Shown here: positions 23,788 to 38,637 of the stretch, piece by piece | Numbering within the stretch: position 1 is the first letter of the stretch | Layout of the letters: every line of letters begins with the position of its first letter | Assembly: GCA_003990765.1 (NCBI GenBank) | Contig: RBNJ01000057.1 | Coordinates: 1-45,844 of the forward strand | Direction: 5' to 3' | From: Jimgerdemannia flammicorona | Taxonomy: Eukaryota | DNA length: 45,844 nucleotides | Notes under the pieces: generated by a model | Database searches by the model: none | Told to the model about the DNA's origin: nothing | What the model saw: the letters and a program-made list of their open reading frames with translations, nothing else | Made by a program: the position numbers and the translations under genes

Positions 23788-24831
23788 TTTGGGGGCTCAA
23801 CTGGGAAGATTATAAATCTACATGACTTTTCAGCTCACAAGAACTCAATAGAAAAACTGGATACATTTGATACAACACCAATCTCTACCACTAAAGGAGA
23901 ATAAGTCATGACCAGCATTTGGACAGGAAGAGAAGTAATCATCCCAAGACTTATCTATTAGAAGAATCTCAACCAAAAGTCAGTATGGTGCAGAATTCTC
24001 AGCCAGTACTAATAGTCTTACCACCAGATCAACCAGATCAACTAGACAATACAGACAGCCCTGCTAGAAACTTCAACAAGCTCAAGAACATAAAGACCTC
24101 ATTGCACAATCTCAGTTTCCCTCCAAAGATCCACTAGTCTCCCCCATTGAACTGCTACTAGAACCAGTAGTCACAGAACCAGAAGGACTAAGAATAGCTC
24201 CTTTAAGGTTATCTAGACCTACTGCACCTGACCTAAGATCAATAATACCATCTTTAGGATATTCAAGCATCTTAAGCTTTAGCAATAACTCAGAAAGTAA
24301 ATCAGAACCAGAATTAGAACCAGAATTAGAATTAGAATCAGAATTAGAAGAAAGTGATAATAAAATGACCACCTCAAACCAATCTTTGCAAGATATCCAG
24401 AAGAAGACCCAAGGGAATTCCTTGATAGAATTGAAGAAATTATAGCTCTAAAGAATCTTTCTATCTAGAGAAAAGTCACTATCTATAAGATCCAACTCAG
24501 AGAACCAGTCAAGAGAATTTTCAACTAAGTAGCAATTGATATATATTTAAACCTTCAAATAGCCATCTATATAGCACCATCCTGAGAAGTAGTATATAAA
24601 GCCATGATTCACTAGCTTATTGAGAAATATACAGAAAATGAAACCTACTATAAGGTCTAAAAATCTATTATAGAAATGAAGATAAATATTAGAGAATCAC
24701 CCAGAGTATACTTTATTAAAATCTAAAAAAGAATATATATAGCTAGATTCAATACTACTAAGACAACATTCAGGTGACACAAGACTCAGACAATACTTTT
24801 TCAATATTTTTGGTATCTGACGACTATCAAC

Positions 24832-26740
24832 ATGGATGGTAATGATTATACTGGTGAGCATACTGGCCAGGGGGGTGGTAGTGCCTTTGGCTGGCAGCAG
24901 GTGGAGAGGAGGGGTGATGGTTTGGGGATGCCAGAGGCCTCGATGGCTAGCTGAGGCCCTGGTAGTAAAGGGAGGAGTGGTCTGAGGCAGAGAGGAGGGG
25001 AGAGGTTAACCTTTGCTGATAAGGTCAGAATGGAGAAGATGGCTTCTGGTCTAGATGGTTGGCTGGGTCTGGGGAAGACATTGATGGCTGCTGCTGGGGG
25101 CCTAGAAGGTGTGCCCAGGGGAGCTTCTGATGGAAGAGTAGGAATGGAAGTAGGGGCTGAAGATGTGACTGTTGATGGGGCTGTGACTGGGAATCTGGCA
25201 AAAAATCCAGATGTGATGGTGGTTGGCAATTCAGGATAAGGGGTGGGCGCAAGGCCCGGGGACCTGGCAGATGGGGTGACAGGAATAGTGTCAGCCCCAT
25301 TACTCAAGAAGTCGAGGTTGGAATTCGCAGTCACAATGAGTTTCTAGGACTTGGCAGTGATGGCGAGGATGATCTTGGGGCTGGTGGCATAGGAGGCTAA
25401 GGGAGCAGCCTTGGTGAAGTTTTTGAAGGGGAAGGAAGGGGTTGAGGTGGGGTTCAAGGAGGAAGATGCCTTACTGGCAGCCTTGGAGAAGAGAGTGACC
25501 ATTGGTGGTGTTGTGGTCTCTATGGCCAGGTGCATGTGCTGAGACCCTCACGTGGTGTAGTTGATGGTATTGGATCTCTCTACAGTGTCGAAGGAAAGGA
25601 CCAGGGAGTTGGTGGTGGAGGTGATCAAGGAGTATGGAGAGATTGGGAATGTTTGGTTCAAGGTCTGGGAGGGTATGGAGCTCTGGACTGGTGACGTTGA
25701 TGTCAGGGTAAGGCTGGCTAGAAAGGAGAATATGGGGAAGTCAAGGGACTGGCCAGTGGTGCTGAGGTGGGGACTGGTGGAGTACAAGGTCATGAGGGTT
25801 GGAGGAGGAGAAAGACCTGCTAGAGGCTCTGGAGGATCTGGAAGGGGCAGTTGCAAGGAGGAGATTGGCCTGGAAGGAGTTTGAGATCAGGACGGTGGTG
25901 GGGGAGGTAGATGGGAAGAGGGTCTGGATGAAGAGGGGGGTCTGGGAGAAGATGCAGGGGAGGAAAATCCAGAAGGAGCTGTTGGTGAAGTTGGGTGGGG
26001 GTAGAGCTGGCAGAAGCTCAGGGGAGGGGGATGCGGGATTGCAGGAGAGCACCTGGGCTGTGGGGGGCAAAAGGGCCTGGGGTAGGACTCAGAATGGATT
26101 GGAGGAGGAGAGGGAAGGCAATATGGAGGCAGATGTGGAAATGAGCAAAGGTGTACACCCCCAGTATAATGTCCTGGGTGGAGCTGAGGGGAGGAGGAGC
26201 TGCTGGATGTGCCGGATGAGGAGTGGGATGAGTCAGTAAGGAGGAGCACTCTGGTGGACCCTGAGGGGGATGGGGGGCAAATCGTCCAGGGTATGGTGGA
26301 GGCAGTGGATGAGGAGAAGTGGATGTGGAAGACTCTGGAAGGGGTAGCAGCAGAGGAGCTGGGGGGAGAGGATTTCAGGGTTATGGAAGAGAGGCATTGG
26401 GAGGAGATCCTATGGGGGGAGGAGGTGCCAAGGAAGATGAGGAATGAGATCCTGACTATTCTCCTTGAGTTAGTTGAGTATCAAGTTGATGATTGGAGAG
26501 AAGAGGAGCTTAGTAAGATTGTGAGTAACTGGGTATATATTATACTTGTGGAACTCAAGGAAGGGACTGGAGAAGTGGCATACAGTCTACATAGACTACT
26601 GGTCAGAGATGGAGGTAGTGGATGGGGTGGAATATCAGGAGATCTTGGAGACACTGGATGCTCAGGCTACTGTGGAGGGAGACTTGGAAGCCAAACAGTG
26701 CTTGGATCTGGCTGGGGATGAGATGAGTATGGAATACTAG
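24832..26740 (+). pseudogene. LINE ORF1 (second copy)
   Basis: Homologous to 6610-8633 (e.g. FKVWEG..TGDVDVRVRL, DWPVVLRWG, AAEELG, MSMEY*). Confidence 0.75.
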
Positions 26741-26771
26741 ACTGGGATCTCTATTGCAACATTCTTTTAAT

Positions 26772-29700
26772 ATGAATAGTACAACTAAGATATTCTCTTT
26801 GAATGTAAATGGGTTACAGGGGGTGGCTAGGAGGAAGTATATATTGGATGGCTTAAGGGACTGGATGCGGACCTCTTCTTGTTGCAGGATATTCATTATG
26901 AGGCAGATGTGAATTTACAGAATTGGACTAAGGAATGGGGGGGGGCAGTGGTATGGAGGAAGAAAGTGGGTATTCTAGTTCAGAAAGGGATGGGGGACAT
27001 TGGGGACATTGGACACTGGGGGTCTTGGGTGGTGTGGGGAGTGTGGAAGAGGCCTGGATGGGGCTTGTTGACAGTTGAGTCTTGTTACTGCCTGGCTGAG
27101 AGAGGAGAGGGTGGATTGGATCCACAGGTTGAAAGAGGCTGGTATCTTAGGTGAGGTTGGGTTGGACTGCCTGGGGGGTGATTTCAACATAGTACAGGAT
27201 AAGGAGATGGATCGAACAGATAGCAGGAGGGGCATGCAGGGCAAGAGTAGTGGGCTGGGTGACTGGTTGGAGATGGAGAGGTTGAGCTTGTTAGTGGATT
27301 CAGGAAGACAGTTTTGGGACAATCGGCAGGTGTACACCTACTGGGCAGCAGGGCTGGGCTCTAGGATTGACTGGGTTTTGATAGAAGAGTGTTGGGGGGC
27401 AGATGTCTGGATGGTGCTGGAGGTAGTTTGGTGTCCATGGTCAGATCACTGGGGGCTGCTAGGTGGGGGGAGGTTTGGGGAAAGTGAGGATGGGCCTGGA
27501 CATTGGTGACTAAATTCTTCCTTGTTGGAGGATAGGGCTTTGTGGGAGGGTTGGGAAGTAGAGGTTATCAGGAATATTGGAAGGTAGTGGATATGGGGCT
27601 TAGGGATTGGAGACCACTGGAGGAGACTGAAGGTGAATACTCAGGGGTATTGGAGAGAAGCTGGGAAAGGAAGGTGTGCTCAGCAATGGTGGTGGGTGCT
27701 GTGGGCCTCGCAGTACCTGGAAACACTCTTGGGGAGATGGGCAGGTATGCTAGAAGATGGGAAGGTAACTGACTGGCATATTGTGAGAATCCAAAAGGAG
27801 GTGGAGGAGCTCAAAGGAGTGTTATGTAGTAAGGAGGAGGCAAGGCTGCAGGGGATGGTGGCCCAACTGCAGTGGCAGGGGCTTGAGGAGGGAGAGAGGC
27901 TGACTAGATTTCTGACATAGTTGTTACAAGCAAGACAAACGAAGCAGTGGTGGGAGGGGGCTCTGGATGCAAATGGCGAGCTGGTGGTGGGGACTCAGAT
28001 GATTATAGATTTACTGAGAACCCATTGGGAGAATCTATGGAGTGAGGAGGAAGGAGGCATGGATGCCTTGGACATTGAAAGGCAGCTGGGAGATTGGCAC
28101 CCGAACCCTGTGCTGGGCCTAGGGGCTTTGGGGGACCCAGTGAGTGAAGAGGAAATATGTAAGGTTGTGGCCTCAATGAGTAAGGGGATGGCTCTGGGGG
28201 AGGATGGACTTCCCTGGGATTTCTGGAAGAAGATGGCTGGGGTGGGTGAGGTGCTGGAGGAAATGACCACTATGTGTAATGAGGTTCTTCAGTCTGATAC
28301 TTAGATTGGGGGACAGCACCTAGGGCTAGTCTCTCTGCTCTATAAGAATAAGGGGAGACAGGAAGATTGGAAGAACTGGTGTCTGATCATACTACTCGAC
28401 ATGGACTTCAAACTAGTGATGAAGATCTTGGTGATGAGGTTGTAAGGAATCACTCAGTAAGTGCTTGGGGTGGAGCAGCATGGGTTTGTAGGTGGCTGGT
28501 TGATTTTGCAATGGGACAGCCTGGGTCTATGGAGTGATTGAAGGTGCCCAGGCTACAGGGGTGGATGGCTGGTTGGTATTTTTGGATCAGGAGAAGGTAT
28601 ATGATAGAGTGCAGAGGATCTGGCTAGAAGGAGTGTTGAAACAGGTGGGTATTCCCCTGGGGTTCCAAGGATCGCTGGTCAGTCTCTTGGAAGACAGTCA
28701 GGCTGCATTGGTCATCAATGGCCACAGGGGGGTGACCTTTCCCCTAGGTCGTGGGGTGCCACAAGGAGACCCCTTGTCACCCATATTGTATGCCCTCTCC
28801 CTGGAGCCCCTACTGGACAGGATTCAGCATCAAATTGGGGGTTTGGACATTCTAGGGATTAATTGGAAGGTGGGGGCCTTTGTTGATGACATAGTGGTTG
28901 AGCTGGGCTCCTTGATGGATATGGGGGAGTTACAGAGGTCTGTGGAATGATATAAGAGGGGATTGGGTGCTAAACTGAACTGGCACAAATATGAGACTCT
29001 GGTGTTAGGTGCTGGAATTGTTGGTGGCAATGTCATTGGGACAGTGGTACCAGCTGGTGAACTAGTGTGCTATTTGGGGATCTACTTTTCAGTGTTCAGA
29101 TCTCTTCTTTCCCGTACTTAATGGAACTGACAACTTCTGGAGTGGGGAAATGTCCTGCTGTGATGGGGAGGTCGGCATATGTCCCCAGCCAGCAGAGTGA
29201 TGGTGCTGAATGTGTATTGGATACCAAAGCTGTGGTATGTGGGGTATCATTTGGATTTTCCACCTTGGGTGGTCAGGGGGCTGTTGAAGATGGCAAGGTC
29301 ATGGATCTGGAGAGGGCAGCAAAGCCAGGTGGGGTGGGAGGTGCTCACACTGCCTGTGGAAAGAGGTGGGCTAGGTTTAGTTGACTTTGCTAAGTGGCTT
29401 CATTGTTTGCGAGCCTGGTGGTTGCAGAGGGCGAGTGAGCTGAGGGGTCAGGAGTGGGTGCCACTCATGCAGAGGGTGTGGGAGGTTCAGTATTCCCCTC
29501 ATGGTAACTCTGGTGACTTGCTTGCGATGGTGGCCATGGATGAGAGCAGGAGGATGTGGTTTATGGGCTTTTGGTGGGGGGTGGTAGATGGTGCTAAGAA
29601 AATTGGACTTCGGTGGCAAGGTGACAAAGCTGAAGAGGATTGGGGACTGCAGATGTGGCAGTGGGATAGGCTTCTGCTGGGTGGGGTTCTAGTGGAGGTG

Positions 29701-30432
29701 TTTCAGCTTGGTGAGGGTATGGAGTATCTGCAGGGCTTGGGTGGCGACCTGTGGCCCAAGGCCTGACAGAGGGTTGGGATTGGTGAGGAGTGGGATTGGA
29801 ATAGAATCTGGCATCAGAGTAAACAGATGAGGCAATGGCTGCCCCCCAAGTTCTGGGTGGTGTGGTAGTGGGTCCTACAGTGGAATGTGATATTGAACTA
29901 TTGGTCTGGGCACTTGGTGGATGGTGGAGTATTTAAGTGTGAGGAATGTTTCAATGTTGGTCAGGAGGGAGGAGTGGTACAGACGCCTGAACATTGGCTT
30001 GGTGAGTGCAAGGTTTTGGAGGAGTTTTGGGGTTATATCATGGACTAGTTAGGGCTGCATGCCTTGGAGGGAGGGAAAGGGGGGAGATGGGGAGAGCTCT
30101 GCCAGAGACTGGCTGGTGGGGTTGGGAATGAATAGCTGACCCTTGGCTGGGCTCTGGCCATGTAGGTTGGATTAGCTGGGCATTGGGTTCATATATTTGA
30201 GGAGGGATAGTGGGTTGGGGTTTGGGACAAGGTGGTACATTGGAAATGGCAATTATTGGACATTTTGAATAGCTGGTGGCAAGGGAGGGGGCCGGGTGGG
30301 AGGAATTGCAGGGGTTTGGTACAGTGTATCTCCAGAAAGAGTAGTGGGAGGATTCGGGTGGTGGGTGGCTGGGTTGTACTTGGATAGAGAGAGGTTATGG
30401 GGAGAGGGTTGGGTCCCCGGAGCATTGGTTGA
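26772..30432 (+). pseudogene. LINE ORF2 (APE-RT-CCHC), second copy
   Basis: Motifs SLNVNGL, GGDFN, SRIDW, SDH, GVPQGDPLSP, FVDD, CEEC..EHWLGEC; ends PRSIG*. Confidence 0.93.
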
Positions 30433-33289
30433 GAGATTGGGGTGACATTGTATTGTTAGAATTATAGATAGCAGTAATAAAGGACAGTCCAAGTAACTAT
30501 AAAAAAAAAAAAAAAAAAAAACTACTAACTAAGACATTATAGGTTCAATGATCTTTTTAAATAGGATCCCTCCAAATATTGCTTAGTATATCTGCATTTA
30601 AGGCATCAGAAAGCCTGAAGAACAAGTAGATATAGCTCAAGAATTTTTTAATATTAGACAAGGAACCACCTGGAGTGATCATAATAAGAAAGATGAGAAA
30701 GACCTCTTGGTCAAAACTCTACAAGGACTTCTTCAAGAATGTGAAAAATCAGAAGAAGAAAAGTCAGCAAAGAAATAGTTGAAAGAAAGAAACAAAATCC
30801 AAGACCTCAACTTCAAGTTAGACTAATTGATTGAGTAAATTGAAAAACTCAACATATGTGAAAATCAGAGCTATCAATAAGACAACAGAGGGTACATACT
30901 ATAAAGAAACCAAGACTATCTACTCAGAGATAATAAGAGCTATCAGCTATAGGAAGAAAGAAGGAATCTACATAATTAGAGATAGAGCCCAAGCCTAATA
31001 CTTTTACTGCAAATAGTTTGGATATTAAATTATAGAATGTGATAACAGAAAAAGAAATCAAAGAGACTCAGAACTACTAAATTGAACGAATAAAACCCAG
31101 TATAAGAAGACTGAAGCCCACTCTATCAAAGACTTTTAAAAAGAGAGCTACAGCAAAGACTACAATAATTTAGACCTATATCTAACTAAGAATCATTATC
31201 AGAAAAACAGTCTACCTGCTGAGAAAAGAAAGAGATCAGTAGAAAGACTATCTAGAAACACTAGTAGAAGAATTATCTAAAAAGAAGATGAAGGAGTAAG
31301 TTGAGATATCTCTCTGATCTCCCTTATCTTTTATTCTCAAAACAAATAAACTATTACTAAAGAATGAAAAAATGAAGCAAAAAGAACAAGAGCCTAGTTC
31401 TGAAGCTCCAAAAAAAGGATACCCTGAAGACCATACTTAGAGATATCTAAAATGAAGTCTGGCAAAAGATTCAAGAAAGTAAGATAGAGGTATCCCTCTT
31501 GTAGTTTCTATAACTAATATCTGTTAAAGTTCAAAAACAAACTATTGAGAACCACCAGGTCTAGTACTAATTAAGTCTCAATCCTATAACAAGAACTAGC
31601 ACTATCTAGACTACAGAAAGACATATCAGTACATATCTATATAGAGATATTAGAGGACAGAAAGAAAAAATTCTCATTGATACAGGAGTAGCTATCAGTA
31701 TCATTACTAAATAATTCTTAGATATCCTCCAGTGGTCTATTGATAGACTATTTAATCTCAGTATTATAGTAGAAGATAGAGCTTAAAATCAACCTCTTAG
31801 AGAAGTATGAAATATCATTATCTCTCTGAGATACATTTAGTTTTCTATTCTAAAAGCTGTTGTTACTAAAGCTATCATCTATAATATAATCCTTGATATT
31901 AACTGGATGAAGAAAATAAATACAGTCATTGATATGGGTCAATAGGTACTCAAATTTAACTATAGAGAAAAAAGTATAGAATCAAGGTAACCAGCTATAA
32001 GCAATTGAAGAAGAAGAAGAAGGTTACTATCCAGGAAGAATATACCAATAGCAAAAAATCTACTAACTATAGTAGAAGAACAATCTGAAGACAGGAATAA
32101 TCCCAGGCATAACCTCTAAATCAACCTAGTAGATAACAGACCAGAAGACAATATATAGATCAAAGATACTATTTCCAATCACAATCAGAGCTATTGTAGG
32201 ATAAGTTAGAGGATACTTCACCTGTCTCAAAAGATACAACTACTCTAAACATTCCTCTAAGATTATTGAAAAAAGGAATTCATCTAGTACAGCCTGCTCT
32301 GAGTATAGAAAAAGAAATAAGAATTATAATCACTCTCTGAAAACACCAATAACTAAAGCTACAGAGGTACAAGCAATCTGAGATCAAGAAATATTTAAAG
32401 AAAAAACTTCTAAATAAGAAGTTTCTGAACTGGAGAAGCTCTCTAAACTTATTTTCTAAGATGACCCTTACTGGACACTACTAGAAGATAATGACTCTTA
32501 GAATACTGAAAAAGGATCAAGTATAGTTACTATTATTCAAAGATAAGAAATATACCAGAAAAGAGCCTTTTAGCTAGAAAGATACTAATATCAAAAGCTC
32601 TTCTACTCTCTCTGAGATTACTACTATTAGTGCTACCTATTGGATGAATAAGAAAAATAGAGATACTGTAGACCAAGATCTCTAATTATAATTATACAGA
32701 TAACTATCTTTTAAAAAATTACTGCAATATTGAAAAGATGAGCCAATGATCAAGATTACTTCATTTGAACAGATATATAGTCCTTAGCTACTCTTTTCTT
32801 AACCTATAATAGAGATGGATACTAATTCTCAAAGCAGCAAGAAATCAACAACTGAGAACTATATTTTTAAGTAATAGGATATTGTAATTATAAAAAACAC
32901 TCAGATTACTATGATTGTCTATATTAGAAGATTCACCTTAGATAATATATTACTATATATATACTAAAGAAAAGAGATGACAGAGCTCAGATCTGAAGAA
33001 ACCAGGCCAAAAAACCAAAAAAGAAGACTCTCAAGATCTATGATCTAGGAGATAACATCCTAGCTCTCATTAGACATATAACTTATCAAGAATGGATAGA
33101 AGATACTATCAACTTTATAAAAGTCCTAAATTCTATAGATAAAAGAGAGATCAATTATCTCTGAGATCCCTTTACTGAAGTCAGATGGCTATATCTCAAT
33201 CTTAGAGTCTGGGGGCTCATCTCTATCAGAGCCTCAGCTTAAGAATAACTAAAACTCAGTAAAGATATTGCCCAGTATATCTTACTACA

Positions 33290-33690
33290 TATATCTAATA
33301 GTTAAATCTCAAACAAAAACTCACCTGAAAGATATAAAATATGACCTTTATAGTCTTGGAGATAAATCTATTAAGCCTGGAAGAATAATAGTACTTAGTA
33401 TATGTAAGACTAGCTATATGGCTGCCCAAAGGAACTTACATCCAACTGATCTCAAGATCTAGACTCACCAGATAAGAAATAACTATAGAAGAAGAAATAA
33501 TAGATTTTAGATATATAGGAGAAATCAAGATCATTCTGAACAATAGTAGTACTGAATGGTATCAAATCTATAGAAAATAAAAGATTGCACAAGTAGTCTT
33601 TATAAAGATTAAGACTCCTCCACTACAAGTAGTCCTCTAAACTAAATCAAGATAAAAGACAAACTGAAGAATTTGAGAGTTTAGACAAAA
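33290..33690 (+). pseudogene. dUTPase domain relic in gypsy A pol
   Basis: Motifs YDL, SRSRL (from SRSGL), EEIIDFRYIGEI (from GGIIDxGYxGEI), KIAQ and RQTEEFES (from RxxxGFGS), lying between protease and RT. Confidence 0.75.
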
Positions 33691-36550
33691 AAGAAGTATA
33701 CCTTCTCTAGATTAACTACTTCAAGAAAAATACTCCTCAGTAAGTATACTACCAACTAGTTAAGATATATAAGAACCTCATCCTAGAACTAGGAGAGCAG
33801 ATCATCTTTGAAATCTTTACATACTTAATCCTAGAAATCTCTTTTTTGAACTCAATGAGAATATTAAAAACCTGAATATAGAAAAATATATATTTTCTAA
33901 CAAGATAAACTCTATATATTCTTGAGTAACTACTCAAAGCTGAGAAAGTCTTATTCTGCTAAAAGAAACCATTATAGGCTATCTGGTGCTCTATCTTAAT
34001 TAAATATACAGAGAAGTTTATAAACTAAACCTATTGAGAAATAGCAGAAGATCTTAGAAGAAAGAAAAGGCCCTTCTGTAACTCAGAAAAAGTGAAGTCT
34101 TCTATTAACTTTGGAGAAGAATTGATATCTCAGCAATAGTAATAACTAGTAGAACTCTTCTATAAATATCAGAACATCTTTACTATAGACTATGACAACC
34201 TACTATATAAACCATTATATGTACTATCACAGTATAAATATAGGAAATCCAATACCTATCTGAGAAAAGCCTTATAGAATACCTTATTATCTAAAGATAT
34301 TCAAGAAAGAATATATTTAGAAACTCTTAGACAATAGAATTATTCAACCCTCTATCAGCCTCTGGGCTAGCCTTATACTTATTATATCTAAGAAAAGAAT
34401 AGAGACTCTGCATAGACTACAGAAAGCTCAATTTAGTTATATATAGAAAAAGATACTTACTCCTTGCTTACAATTGATGATCTCCTAGACTAATTATAAG
34501 ATAACAGATATTTCAACAGTATAGATCTCTTTGCAGAATTCTATGAAATCCCTATAGACCCTAAGAATATTCAGAAAACAGCTTTTTTGATCCTAGAGAA
34601 ATTTTTTGAATATCTCTGAATACTCTGTAGACTCTGCAATATACTTTCTATCTTCTAGAGAATAATAAACTCAGTCTATGGTCTACTGATCTACTACTGT
34701 CTAATTATATATAGATGATATCAATATCTATTTAGTAAATTTTGAAGAATACCTATATTACCTAGAAGAATTCTTTCAGTTTATCTATAAGAATCATATG
34801 AGACTCAATGTCAAGAAATGCTACTTTGAAAAACAGAAACTCAAATTTCTTAGATTTATAGTTTCAAAAGAAAGAACTCATATAAACTCAAAGAAAACTG
34901 AGAAGATCAACAACTAGTCAGTACTCAAGATCTAGAAAGAAATACTATTATTCTAAATATTAGTATCTTACTACAGAAGATTTATCAAGAACTTCACTTA
35001 AATTGCTGACCCATCTGAACTCTTCTCAAGAAGAAGTATTATATAAATAAAAGAAATCACAAGAACCAGCCTTCAGAGAACTAAAGAGCTATATGACTAT
35101 AGTATTAATTATTATATAACTCAATCTGCAGAAATCATTCATCTTATATATAGAACTTCCAAAGATGGCCTGAGAGCAGTTTTAGTCTAAGAAGGACCTG
35201 ACCAATAGCACTATATGATAACTTATACAAGCTGAGCTACTAATTAGTAGTAAACCAATTATGGTAGCTCTAAACTAAAATATCTTATAGTCATATAGAT
35301 AGTTACTCTGTTTAAGTACTATTTTATCAGAAAAAGAATCACTTTGATAACTAACTATACTGCCTTCAAATAGCTATTTAACAATAAGAAACCTATTGGA
35401 ATTCTAGTCTACTGGATCCTTATCTTATAGGATTACAAAATCACTATCATCTATAAAGCAGAGAAAGCTCACAATAATATTGATATACTTTTCTACCAAC
35501 CTTAATAAACCAGAAAAAGAGTATATCAAGAAACTACATCCTGAAGGAATCTTCTCTATCTATTAAAGTACAAGAAGATCTTATCTGAAAAGAATACCAG
35601 AAAGTCTACCAAGAACAGATATATAATATAGAAGAAAAGCTACAAACAATACATTAATATTGGCTCAACCTTAGAACATATACTTAAGAAATATGATATC
35701 TATCAGAAGTATCAAGAAAGGAAAAACTACCAATTACCATTATAATTAATTATACTACTAAATAATATCTTTCAAAGATAGAGAGTAGATATTATTAGAC
35801 CCCTATTAGTTATATATACTAAAAAGGAACAAAAATATCCTAGTATTTATAAAACATCTGACCAAATAGTCCAAAGCTTTCCCAATATAAATTGCTGATA
35901 CCTTGATCATTGTTAGCCTTCTTTATAATCTCACACTCAGATATAGATCCTTAAAAAAACTTATTTCTAACTGAGGTATAGAATTTATCAATAATATAAT
36001 TATAAGTTATACTTAAATTCACATGATCTACCTCAAATGAACTATATCATATCATCTCCAAATCAATTGTATGACAGAATAAATAAACTAGACTATTAAG
36101 AAAGAACTTACTCAAGTTAATCCTATCAACTGAGACCTGCTTATTTGAGATTCTATGGAAAATTCTAAATACTCCTACTATCTCTATCAAACAAAAGCTA
36201 TTTGAAATAATATTTACTAAAAGAACTAGTTCTGCTAATTATGAGAACCTTAGAGACCTCTTCAAAAAGACAGAACAAATATACAATTAAGCCTAAGCTC
36301 AGATAATTAAGGCTTAAGAAAGACAAAAGAAGTACTATAACTAGAAGTAAAATGATCAAAAGATCAAAATTAGAGATCAAGTATTAGTCTAGAGAAGTAT
36401 GATAAAACAAACTTTATTATCAAACTGGAGCCCAAATGTATCTTGTATACAATATTAAAGAAACTAGTATCTATATAAGCAGTATAGATAAATATATCCT
36501 GAGGATCTCAGTTTATATCAACTATTTCAAGAAATACTTATTTCCCTATA

Positions 36551-37045
36551 ATGGCCCAAAGAACTGACTAGTGTCTCCTAACTCTCATCTTTAGCTCCTT
36601 CTAAGCTCTGTTTATTTCTCTGTTTTAGTTTCACTTACTTGAAGGAACTTTAATATAATTTATTCAAAGATACTAAGAAAACCTCATCATTATCCTGAGG
36701 CTATAACAGATCCACCACCTGCAGACCTTCTATAATATTTGATAACTATGTAAGAATAATTATATATATATAGAAGAACCAGCCAGTATAACTCACCAAG
36801 AAGCTCAAACTGCAAAAAGGCTCTATATCCTATACAAATAAAACAAAGGAGCTCTAATATATACTCACTTCTGTTTAACTAATATTTATCAGATGAATGA
36901 GACAATCTTTCAGAGCATTCTCTAATAAGTAAATGTTCTATATACCAAAAAACAGAAGGAAGACCCAGAATTAGAATAGTGTTACCCAGATATAAAAGAA
37001 GATAATGATACAGGAGTAGATTCAGAAGATGTCTATGGATATTAG
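36551..37045 (+). pseudogene. Extra ORF3 downstream of integrase in gypsy A
   Basis: ATGGCC overlaps the integrase end. One frame with point-mutation stops. Contains TAKRLYILY...GAL, similar to ORF3 of B. Confidence 0.6.
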
Positions 37046-38056
37046 AATGATAATTAAAAAATAGTCTAAGAAAGACTACGCTTTAGTAAGGGCTAATGTG
37101 ATATGTCAAATAGCATAGTATAATCAGATCACATGAATACCATAGTTACTCTATTGTTATAAAAATCATATAAATAACCAGATAGCCCAAAAAGGAAATA
37201 GACAGTAAATGTCTGCTAGATAGTAGATGTCCACTATATAGTACATGTCCACCAGATAGTAGATATCTACCCCCAAATAGTAAACCTATAGTTAGCTACA
37301 TAGCAACTAGGTAACAACTAACTTGTATAAAATACCCCAGAGATAAGAGTGAATAAACCTTAGTAAGAAAAAGCAGAGAGCTTCCTTTTCACACTCTGGT
37401 CCACTTCTGATACAAAGTCTGAGATTTGCCACCAAAAGTTCAAGTGAAGAACTTCACTGCCATTTGAAAAGAAACCTGCCACTTAAGGAAAAGCCAAGGC
37501 CAGTCTATTTGATGCAACTTTGCAGTGAATTTACATTTACACAAACGAAGCCAGTCTTTGATGCAACTTTGTCAGTCAAGAGAGATATCCGCACCATCCA
37601 AGTTATTTTCGAGAAGTCTGCTATCTTGCTACAAAGCCAGTCTAGAATAAGATGCACCTTCGCAGTGAAGCCAGTCCCTCGACGTAACCTCATGCAAACG
37701 AAGCAGTCTTTGACATAACTTTGCTCAAGAATCTGTGCCATTCCAGTTATTTTCAAGAAGCCTGCTGATTCAGGAAGAATCCACGCCCTCTGCCAGCTGA
37801 GTTATCCGAGTTATCCATCAGAATCGAGTTATCCACCAAAATCCGCCTAATATGCAGAAATTGCATACTTTCAGAACAAGATCATTATGCCAGAAATCAC
37901 ATAAGGTCACGCAGAAATTGGAGGATTGTCGCGCTACAAAGAGATATTGCTAAGGGAGCCACTGAAATTATAAAGTGCCGCCACACCCAAGAACCATCAC
38001 AATAAGGAAATCCACCAGAATTGACCACTGGATTTGACTATTATACCACTAAATAC

Positions 38057-38523
38057 TGTGACAGTATAACCAGATTTGGAAGAAGGAAATAGGGAATAGA
38101 CACTTGATCGCACCCAGTTCCAAAGTAGTATAGCCATATAGTTAACAGTCCTCGATTCCGCAACTTACTAAATATTTTGCAAAGTGCAAGATCGAGCTCC
38201 CCGATATAGTATAGCATTTTGCAACTGGTGAAACATTTTGCAAAGTGTTAAATGACTCATAACTTAGCCACGTAACTCAGTAATCATCTCATAGCTAGCA
38301 AACTTGTATAAATAACCCAGTATCTTTGAGTGAATAAACCTCAGATCGAAATAGTTCAAAGCAAAGAGATAGCAAAGGAACTAGTAAGCCTATGGGCAGA
38401 TACACTTCAAACTCACCCACTCTCTCCTGCAACTTCAAGAGACTCTGCGAGAGTCAGAACAGTCAAGTTTTCAAGATATAGAAATCCGACATACTTTCAA
38501 GAGTAAGCATCCGCTACATTACA
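38057..38523 (+). repeat. 5' LTR of gypsy B
   Basis: TG...CA ends; about 95% identical to 44293-44759 by hand alignment. Confidence 0.95.
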
Positions 38524-38637
38524 ACTTGGTGCCCATTGGCTGGTGATTCAAGATGAATCCCTCACTTTCAAGCTGAACAATGAATAACCACCACCACTTG
38601 AACAACCATACAAACCAAGCCCCAATACCCAGACAAG

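Larger units (their letters stand above)
24762..30520 (+). mobile_element. Second full-length L1/Tx1-like LINE (related subfamily), inserted into gag of gypsy A
   Basis: TSD ACTACTAA at 24754-24761 and 30521-30528. Poly(A) at 30501-30520. The gypsy A gag frame rejoins across the insertion. Confidence 0.92.

Noticed and set aside
23790-23807. tRNA genes at tRNA-complementary sequences (also 38527 and 18038)
   Set aside because: They are only 13-18 nt primer-binding sites next to LTRs, with no cloverleaf.
32790-32870. Possible NPPW adenine-methyltransferase motif in the gypsy A insert
   Set aside because: It needs a transversion as well as several transitions to restore, and no supporting motifs were found.
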